Part shown: positions 45,484 through 52,563 of the stretch, in pieces
How positions within the stretch are numbered: position 1 is the first letter of the stretch
How the letters are laid out: the number at the start of each line of letters is the position of its first letter
Virus record (IMG/VR): IMGVR_UViG_3300025782_000006
Length of the DNA: 54,252 nucleotides
Origin: an uncultured virus (IMG/VR IMGVR_UViG_3300025782_000006)
Taxonomy: Duplodnaviria > Heunggongvirae > Uroviricota > Caudoviricetes
Direction: 5' to 3' (one strand)
Made by a program: the position numbers and the translations under genes
The notes under the pieces: model-generated
Database searches by the model: none
What the model saw: the letters and a program-made list of their open reading frames with translations, nothing else
Told to the model about the DNA's origin: nothing

Positions 45484-47967
45484 TTAAGATGAAGCGTGTA
45501 ATATCTTTTCCGAAGTGGAGTGTTGATCTTTCATTACATCAATCATTTCTTCCAATTTGTCCAGCATGGAATTAAAAATGGTATTCTTGTCCAAAGGTAT
45601 AATCATTTCATTACCATGTAGACGTGCTGGATAACCCGATGATGGCCCAGAAACCATTGCACCGTCAGCCGCTGAAACTTCAGCATGCATATGATCACCG
45701 GTATTGTTTTTACTTTTAGTAATATACTCATCTAGTATGTTAGTGAAACCCAGTTTTGACAGCTCTGCTTTATAATCTGCAGTTTGCTCAGGTTTATATC
45801 CCGGAATTTTAAAGTCTATGCCCAGTCCGCGCCCGTGTGGGTCTGGTGATTTATGTGCGTCAAAAATATCTGAATCGTTCAGTGCTGTAATTGTACTACC
45901 AGCAAACATAGGATCTGCTGCTAATTTATTAAGTTTGTCTTGTAGTGACTGCGATATTTTACCAGAACCTTGACGGCCATTTACACCAAGTCCAGCTGGT
46001 ATAGTAGGATCCACACCAGTAGCAGGTGCACCAGGTACATAACCACGACCTCTACCAGCGTTCTGGGTTCCGCCAAAGAAACCTTTAACTGCATTTTTAG
46101 CACCCTCTATCTGCGCTTGTGCAGCAGCTTGTGTTCCTTGACCACGACCCACTGGTGGAGTTCCCCCACCTCCTGCACCCCCACCCCCACCGGGTACTGC
46201 TTTGAATCCAGCTTCTTTGAGTATTTTACCTGTTTGTTCTAAAATAGTTTTAGCAACATTGTGGAACCCTTGAAAATCAGTTAATACTTGATTCAAAGTT
46301 TTTTGAACTTCTAATTGAGTTTTCTGATTTTCTAAAACAGTTTTAGCATATTCTTCAGTAGCCCCGCCGGCGGTTTCAACCGACTTTAACATCCGTGCCA
46401 TTGTTTCGGCCGGATCGGCTTTTTCAAGTTTGGTATAGAATTCAATATTATTTTGTATACCCGCTGCTTGTTGGCCGTAGGCGCTATTAACCATTGCTGC
46501 TTGACCAATGGATTGCTCAGTCAAGCCAAATTGTTCTCTAATAGCGCCAGCATGCTTTTGGTTAATATCAATTAGCATTCGGGCACTATCACCGGACTTG
46601 ATATTAGTGTCGTTTACAACAGCAATGCCTTCGTTTAATGCCGCATATAAATCATCAGACTGGGATACTAGTTTAGCATTTTCGCCTGTGACTGCGCCCA
46701 AACCATACATTTCGGCGGCGGCTTCTCTAGCACTTGGTGCCAACGTTGAAAGATAATATTGAAATTTTAAAAATGCGTCTGGGCCCGCAGCACGTAGTTT
46801 GGCATCAACTGCTGCTTGTATTGTTAATTTTTTTGCTTGTTCTTGCGCGGCTTTGGCGTTTTCACCAGTTATTGCACTAATTAATCTAGTGTTTTCAAGG
46901 TATTTGGCTGTCTGTTCAGCCAAGTTAGCATAGTCTGTTGATTGTTTTCTTTCATAGGTACCATACATGCCTAAGAATTTAGCAGTACCATCTGCAACGT
47001 CGTCAATACTGTAACCAAGTTTAAGTAACTGTTTTATAGCGCCATCAGGAGCCATAAGAATACGACTGACCTGTTTAAATGCTGAAACACCTTGTGTTGC
47101 AGTACCACCAAACTGTGATAGTCCTTCGGCATTTTCAGTAACAGCTTTCGAAAACTGCTCTAAGGTTAGGCCAGCATCAAGACTGCCTTGACGCAGACCC
47201 ATAAAGCTGTCGGTAAAAACTATGCCAGCATTAGCGGCTCCCGAAAAAGCCTTAGTTGTACGTTGGATTTCTCTAACAGCCGCATCAATACCAGCTTTCT
47301 TTAGTTCAGTAAACGAATTGAAAAGTCCGCCAACTACTGGCAGTAGTGCCGCAACGGCAAGACTCAGTCCTGCAGTTTCTGGTGCTAGCAGGGCCATAGT
47401 AGTAGCTAATGCTGCACCTGCTGTGGTTACTCCTTGTACAACTTGGTTGGTACTGTCTGCACCAACCTTAGCAACATCGCCAAATGTACTGAAAGCATCC
47501 GCATTTGACTGTGTGCTGTTTATTAAACTCTTAGTAACATTTACACCCCAGCTGGCTACACTAGTAGCTACCGTACCAAGGCTGTCTAAAAGGAATTTGT
47601 CAGCAGCGCTACTCTTTGCTTGTCTAGCACGTTGTTCAACTTGTTCTTGTAGAGCACGTTTTCGTTTTTTATCAGCTTCGTCTAGAACTGCATCATCTAA
47701 TTCTTCTAGAGATTCACGTAGACTAACAATAGACTGTGTTGACTGACCAATATTAACTCGACCACTTTTTAGGGCTTTGTCAAAACTGTTGAATTCATCT
47801 TCAACGTCGCGTACATCTCTTTTGAATCGACTGTTAAAGTATGTGTAGGCAGAACCTGCTTTGTCAACACCAACCGCTGCCGCTGACATCGATTTGCCAA
47901 GATCTTTTATGATGCCGGTTAGGTCTTGTATCGACGAGTTTAGTGAATCAATATCTGGAGTTGCCAT
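45484..47967 (-). CDS. Tape-measure-like protein with C-terminal M15/LAS-type Zn peptidase domain
   Basis: ~590 aa of helical A/L/K-rich sequence, a Gly linker, then PHGRGLGIDF...GDHMHAEV. C-terminal GPSSGYPARLHGNEMIIPL. Adjacent to the baseplate hub genes. Confidence 0.65.
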   Translation of the reverse strand: MATPDIDSLNSSIQDLTGIIKDLGKSMSAAAVGVDKAGSAYTYFNSRFKRDVRDVEDEFNSFDKALKSGRVNIGQSTQSIVSLRESLEELDDAVLDEADKKRKRALQEQVEQRARQAKSSAADKFLLDSLGTVATSVASWGVNVTKSLINSTQSNADAFSTFGDVAKVGADSTNQVVQGVTTAGAALATTMALLAPETAGLSLAVAALLPVVGGLFNSFTELKKAGIDAAVREIQRTTKAFSGAANAGIVFTDSFMGLRQGSLDAGLTLEQFSKAVTENAEGLSQFGGTATQGVSAFKQVSRILMAPDGAIKQLLKLGYSIDDVADGTAKFLGMYGTYERKQSTDYANLAEQTAKYLENTRLISAITGENAKAAQEQAKKLTIQAAVDAKLRAAGPDAFLKFQYYLSTLAPSAREAAAEMYGLGAVTGENAKLVSQSDDLYAALNEGIAVVNDTNIKSGDSARMLIDINQKHAGAIREQFGLTEQSIGQAAMVNSAYGQQAAGIQNNIEFYTKLEKADPAETMARMLKSVETAGGATEEYAKTVLENQKTQLEVQKTLNQVLTDFQGFHNVAKTILEQTGKILKEAGFKAVPGGGGGAGGGGTPPVGRGQGTQAAAQAQIEGAKNAVKGFFGGTQNAGRGRGYVPGAPATGVDPTIPAGLGVNGRQGSGKISQSLQDKLNKLAADPMFAGSTITALNDSDIFDAHKSPDPHGRGLGIDFKIPGYKPEQTADYKAELSKLGFTNILDEYITKSKNNTGDHMHAEVSAADGAMVSGPSSGYPARLHGNEMIIPLDKNTIFNSMLDKLEEMIDVMKDQHSTSEKILHASS

Positions 47968-47991
47968 TAATTATTTGTTCCGTTTTTTACC

Positions 47992-48024
47992 TATAAATAT
48001 ATAGGTATATCAATTATATTTATG
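47992..48024. promoter_or_regulatory. Face-to-face late promoters for divergent genes
   Basis: Plus-strand TATAAATA at 47992-47999 (for the gp26-like gene) and minus-strand CATAAATA at 48024-48017 (for the tape measure gene). Confidence 0.7.
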
Positions 48025-48034
48025 GAAATAAATC

Positions 48035-48874
48035 ATGGACCAAAAACCAATTAATCCCCTGTCTAAACACTTTAGACAACCTGCAATCTACGCTAAATTA
48101 CCCAGTATGGGCAGATTTTGGCCCGAGGGTTCTTTAGATCTCCCGGTTACAGGAGAAATCCCTGTGTACCCAATGACAGCTCGAGACGAAATAACTCTAC
48201 GCACTCCCGACGCACTACTCAACGGACAAGGTGTAGTTGATGTTATTCAAAGTTGTTGCCCAAATATTAAAGATGCTTGGAAAATGCCCAGCATTGACGT
48301 AGATGCTGTGCTACTAAACATCCGTATCGCCAGCTACGGCGCATCGATGGATTTTGACACAAAATGTCCAAAGTGTGCCGAAGAAAATAGTTTTACAGTA
48401 GATATTGGTTCCTTAATTAGTCAAATTAACATGCCCAACTATGATACACCCATCGAAGTTGGTGGTTTAAAAATTACCCTAGCACCACAGGCCTACTTTG
48501 AAGTTAACAAAACCAATCAGTTAACATTTACTGAACAACAGATTATCAGAACTATTAACGATGATACGCTGAGTGAAGAAGAGAAAAAACAAAAATCTGA
48601 TCAGTTCCTTAGCAAACTAATAGATCTTAATGTCAATATCTGTACCAGCAGTACCAGAGAAATTGCAACAGAAGATGGCACAGTTGTAACAGATAAAGAG
48701 TTTATTAGAGAGTTTTATAATGCTGCTGACTATAAAGTTATGCGTGTTGTACAAAAGACCCTAGAAGAAATCAGCAGTCAAATTGCAATCAAACCCCTGA
48801 ATGCCCAATGTACATCATGTGAACAGGCCTATGATGTTCCCATGACATTCGATTATTCAAATTTTTTCGCCTAA
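48035..48874 (+). CDS. gp26: Baseplate hub assembly protein (T4 gp26-like)
   Basis: LPSMG, PMTARDE, DVDAVLLNIRIASYG, CPKC, CTSC, ends NFFA. Confidence 0.8.
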   Translation: MDQKPINPLSKHFRQPAIYAKLPSMGRFWPEGSLDLPVTGEIPVYPMTARDEITLRTPDALLNGQGVVDVIQSCCPNIKDAWKMPSIDVDAVLLNIRIASYGASMDFDTKCPKCAEENSFTVDIGSLISQINMPNYDTPIEVGGLKITLAPQAYFEVNKTNQLTFTEQQIIRTINDDTLSEEEKKQKSDQFLSKLIDLNVNICTSSTREIATEDGTVVTDKEFIREFYNAADYKVMRVVQKTLEEISSQIAIKPLNAQCTSCEQAYDVPMTFDYSNFFA

Positions 48875-49098
48875 GGCTTTTGACATTAGATAACGAGCAA
48901 GTTGTCGATTACCTACAATCACTCGACAAAGAATCAAAAGCCATAAGGTCCGAAGCTCTAAGATTTGCCTGGCACATGCGGGGTGGACTTAGCTATGACG
49001 AAGCTATGATGTTGGGTCAACAAGAACGAGAAATCATCAGCAAGCTCATTAAAGATAATATCGAGACCACTAAGGAATCGGGCCTACCCTTTTTCTAA
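48862..49098 (+). CDS. gp51-like baseplate hub assembly domain, probably reached by a -1 frameshift from the gp26-like ORF
   Basis: WHMRGGLSYDEAMML...ERE pattern. The only start candidate ahead of the domain is a TTG at 48880, and the frame is open back to the slippery T TTT TTC at 48862-48868. Confidence 0.65.
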   Translation, partial: FFRLRLLTLDNEQVVDYLQSLDKESKAIRSEALRFAWHMRGGLSYDEAMMLGQQEREIISKLIKDNIETTKESGLPFF

Positions 49099-49126
49099 AA
49101 AAACGGCAATCCACATAAATATCGTT

Positions 49127-49771
49127 ATGAATGATTTTTATGTTTACATGTATCTACGAGAAGACGGAACTCCTTATTACGTAGGCAAAGGTAAAGGACG
49201 CCGCGCTTACCTCAATGGCCGCACCCCGCCAAAACCACCACAACTTGAACGTATAAAAATTGTTAAAGATAAGTTAACCGAAAACGAAGCATTTACATTA
49301 GAGTGTAGGTTGATATCAGATTACGGTCGTAAAGATTTAGGTACAGGTATTTTACATAATCGTACAGATGGTGGGGAGGGTGTAGCAGGCAGGATAGCAA
49401 CTACTGATTCTATTCAAAAAAGAATTGCCAAGAATACAGGAAAGAAACGTACACCCGAACAAAAACATCGAATGAGTGTAGCCCAAAAAGGTCGTAAAAA
49501 GATTGAATACACAGACGAACAGAAAGCTGAGATCTCTAAAAAAATATCAATTGCCCATAAAGGTAAACCCAAATCAGAAGAACACAAACAAAAACTATCA
49601 AAATATTTTACAGGAAGATCAAATGGACAACGCACAGAAGAAACTAAACAAAAGATGCGTAAACCCAAATCAGAAGAACACAAAGCTAACATGCGTAAGC
49701 CAAAGTCTCCAGAACATATTAAAGCAATATTAGAAGCCAAAGCAAAAAAGAAACTTTTATCAATGAGTTAA
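49127..49771 (+). CDS. Free-standing GIY-YIG homing endonuclease with NUMOD3-like repeats
   Basis: FYVYMY..EDGTPYYVGKGKGRR, LHNRTDGGEG, three KPKS(E/P)EH repeats (exact 24-nt repeat at 49565 and 49661). Confidence 0.88.
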   Translation: MNDFYVYMYLREDGTPYYVGKGKGRRAYLNGRTPPKPPQLERIKIVKDKLTENEAFTLECRLISDYGRKDLGTGILHNRTDGGEGVAGRIATTDSIQKRIAKNTGKKRTPEQKHRMSVAQKGRKKIEYTDEQKAEISKKISIAHKGKPKSEEHKQKLSKYFTGRSNGQRTEETKQKMRKPKSEEHKANMRKPKSPEHIKAILEAKAKKKLLSMS

Positions 49772-49819
49772 GATCACTGCGTGATCTGTTCTTTTCACTG
49801 CGTTCAAGAACATTTTTTA

Positions 49820-50245
49820 TATCATTGATGTTTTTCAGTATCATCCAGATTAATCAGTCACACTTTGCCCAGGTAACGGGCAAAGTAAGAATTGTAGCAT
49901 CATCCGAGTAGCACAATCACTTAGCGTTAGAGCAGTTACAGAGGCGGTTGTCCGGTACCTCGAGCTCCGTCTTTATACAACGGCGGTTAATATCAAATAC
50001 GCTAACATCTGATACCAACGTGTGCTATCGCTAGCACGTCTTTTTAGCCTTATCTATCTCTTCAAACAATCAAACCGCGGCAATTAGCGATCTTGGTCCT
50101 GTTAAGGATACTGATTGAGTGCTTGCTACAGCGGCAAGTCTTCCGTCCCTCTTATCATCGAGTTGTCATGGGCACACGATACTAAACCTGTGCGAGTCAA
50201 TACTGTTTAATGGGTTTTACTGCGGTTAGACTTTGTGTCTGAAGA
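49820..50245 (-). ncRNA. Candidate large structured non-coding RNA, family not recognised
   Basis: No ORF of 60 aa or more. About ten stems, a GNRA loop, G-U pairs that work only on the minus strand, and loop UUAGCG complementary to CGCUAA (pseudoknot). Confidence 0.6.
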
Positions 50246-50246
50246 G

Positions 50247-50675
50247 TTAAATCTTGTTGATAATGTGTGAGCCATGTACACGGACTTGTATGTGTCCGTT
50301 ATAATAATCGTTTGTTTCTAATACTCTGCGAGCAAATTGTTCTCTCGCTTCAATATAACTACATTCTGATTTTGATTTACAGTAATATAAAATTTCTCTT
50401 GTAAAGTTTTCAACACCCAGAGCTAGAATATCTTTTGTTAGTTCTGGGCTAGAGCCATAATAGGTTTGCCAATCTGAATCTATTTTACCACGAATTTTCT
50501 TACGTTTCTTCTTACCATTTTTTAGTTTAACCATTTTGTAAGTGGTCTTGCTAAATTTTGCCAATTTTTTTCCAATATACTTCCTGCCAGATAAGTTATT
50601 TGTGATCAAATAAACAAATCCGACACAGTCTTCGGGTAGTGTTTCTACTTGAGAGTTTTCGTAAATCCATGACAT
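50247..50675 (-). CDS. Small GIY-YIG-superfamily protein with a highly basic insert
   Basis: GFVYLITN..SGRKYIGKK, KLKNGKKKRKKIRGK, DWQTYYGSS, FTREIL, E..EQF, YYNG. Confidence 0.85.
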   Translation of the reverse strand: MSWIYENSQVETLPEDCVGFVYLITNNLSGRKYIGKKLAKFSKTTYKMVKLKNGKKKRKKIRGKIDSDWQTYYGSSPELTKDILALGVENFTREILYYCKSKSECSYIEAREQFARRVLETNDYYNGHIQVRVHGSHIINKI

Positions 50676-50695
50676 GCTTAGTAGTTATCATCTTA

Positions 50696-51706
50696 CTACC
50701 AATTCGTTGCATAATCTTGATTTACTACCCGTTTACTACACTTAGTACGGCATTCCTGCCACTCAAACTGTTTAAAATCTTCTGACCAAAACGCATCTTG
50801 AACTGCATCGGCTAAGGTTCTAGTTCGCAGATCAAAATTTTTGGCTATATCCTGCCACTCTGTATTGTGTGTATAGCGATTAGCTACCCAACAACATGGA
50901 AACAATCTTCCCTGCGCATCTATATACAAGCCCTTGTTGCCTATCTCACACAGGGGCACAACTTCACCCTGGGGCTGTATTTTTTTATATAATTCTAAAT
51001 TGATAGCTTTAACTTGATCGTTGAGTCCCCGCTGGCTCAGTACTGTAACACGTCTTTCAAATCTATGCGAGCTGCTTAGATACCGATCGCTAGGTTGCAG
51101 GGGATCATCTATGCCATAATTAGGGTATATTTTTCCAAACTTAGTACTTAAGGTTAATTGAAAAGCATCCATTCCTAGCTTATTGGCCAGCGACCGCATG
51201 TAATCAATATGATCTTCGTTGAATTTAAACGCTATCGCGGCCCACACCAACCTGCACTTACTAGTGGCCCGTAAGGTTTCAATACCTTGGATAATAGACA
51301 CAAAATCGCTGTTAACTCTGTATAAATTGTTACTTGCATTGTCGTATCCGTCAACACTAAAGTGTACTGTATCTTGCTCTGTTAATACACTACCTAATTC
51401 AGCCCACCATTCTGTTTTCTTATGACTGCCATTAGTAATAATAACAAATTCAACAGGCTTGATTGATTTAATGTAGCGTACGACAGGAATTAGATCATGT
51501 GCATAAATTGGATCACCGTCGTCACCACAGAATGTAATTTTTTCTACATTTTGTAATATAAATTCTGGTGTAAAATTTCTTTTAAAAAATTCTAAGTCTA
51601 ATTCAGTATTGACCAGTGAGTCTGGTACTTCTTGTCGAGCGCAACGAGGACAACGCAGAGTACACTTACTAGATATTTCAATATGAAAATGCCAAGTGGC
51701 TAACAT
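50696..51706 (-). CDS. Radical SAM protein with SPASM/twitch-like domain
   Basis: CTLRCPRC, GDDGDP, TNG, FSVDG, YIDAQGRLFPCCW, C-terminal CRTKC. Confidence 0.9.
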   Translation of the reverse strand: MLATWHFHIEISSKCTLRCPRCARQEVPDSLVNTELDLEFFKRNFTPEFILQNVEKITFCGDDGDPIYAHDLIPVVRYIKSIKPVEFVIITNGSHKKTEWWAELGSVLTEQDTVHFSVDGYDNASNNLYRVNSDFVSIIQGIETLRATSKCRLVWAAIAFKFNEDHIDYMRSLANKLGMDAFQLTLSTKFGKIYPNYGIDDPLQPSDRYLSSSHRFERRVTVLSQRGLNDQVKAINLELYKKIQPQGEVVPLCEIGNKGLYIDAQGRLFPCCWVANRYTHNTEWQDIAKNFDLRTRTLADAVQDAFWSEDFKQFEWQECRTKCSKRVVNQDYATNW

Positions 51707-52563
51707 AGCTCTACCTCACGTTGCCATTGGCTGTCGAATACAGTTACATTTTCTTTGGTAGTACATGTGGTAATACAAGTAACGTCAGCTAATTCCACAT
51801 TATTCCAATTGACACTAACTTCTTGAATATCTTGAATAAAATTCTCTTGTCTTGCACCTAACCAGCAACATGGGCTACGGCGTCCCCGTGCATCTATATA
51901 TACACTTTGCTCTGCAAGTGCATGACAGTCAATCTTACCGGGGGTATATGTAGGACGATGCCAACCAACAGGTGCTTCTAATCCGTTAGTATATTCACGT
52001 TTGCTTACTTTAGCGCGAAACCATTTAAATCCCATATCACGGGCTAACTGTTCACACGCATCAACTTGGTGTTCGTTGTGTCGATATACTAGCATGTCCC
52101 AGTGGGCACTACCACCTGCGGCAATAAAGGTTGTTGCATTTTCCATTAACTTAGACCAATTGACTCCACGACGATAGATATGATTAGTATCTTCTAATCC
52201 GTCAATACTAAAGACCGCATAGTCTAAAGGTTGATTAAACATGCCAGCAAGTTCACTCCACCAACGGACATTTTGTATAGCACCGTTGGTATTCATGCCT
52301 AAGGTAATTGTGGGATTGGCAGTTCTGAAATAACGATAAATTTCTAGAGTATGCCGACCTGCTGCGGGATCACCGTAGTTACCACACATAAACATTTTAT
52401 CCAATTGACTGATAGCCTCTGGAGATAAGTGTTGCTGTATTTGCTCTACGGTTAAATGATGCTGTTGAGATTTATCAAATTGAGGATCTAATTCTCTTGC
52501 ACAACTAGGGCAAGCAGCCTGACATACATCAGTAGACTCTAGATGCACAACCTTATACAACAT
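51700..52563 (-). CDS. Radical SAM protein with SPASM/twitch-like domain
   Basis: CQAACPSC, CGNYGDP, TNG, FSIDG, YIDARGRRSPCCW, CITTC. Confidence 0.9.
   Translation of the reverse strand: MLYKVVHLESTDVCQAACPSCARELDPQFDKSQQHHLTVEQIQQHLSPEAISQLDKMFMCGNYGDPAAGRHTLEIYRYFRTANPTITLGMNTNGAIQNVRWWSELAGMFNQPLDYAVFSIDGLEDTNHIYRRGVNWSKLMENATTFIAAGGSAHWDMLVYRHNEHQVDACEQLARDMGFKWFRAKVSKREYTNGLEAPVGWHRPTYTPGKIDCHALAEQSVYIDARGRRSPCCWLGARQENFIQDIQEVSVNWNNVELADVTCITTCTTKENVTVFDSQWQREVELC

Noticed and set aside
46160..46196. C-rich tract (G-rich on the minus strand) as a G-quadruplex or regulatory element
   Set aside because: It is fully explained by the poly-Gly linker codons of the tape-measure-like gene.
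49820..50245. tmRNA, RNase P RNA, tRNA cluster, group I/II intron or box C/D-type (TIGR-like) array
   Set aside because: There are no tRNA-like ends or T-loop, no GAGGAAAGUCC, no interrupted host gene or domain V, and the GAUGAU motifs are neither periodic nor convincing K-turns by eye.
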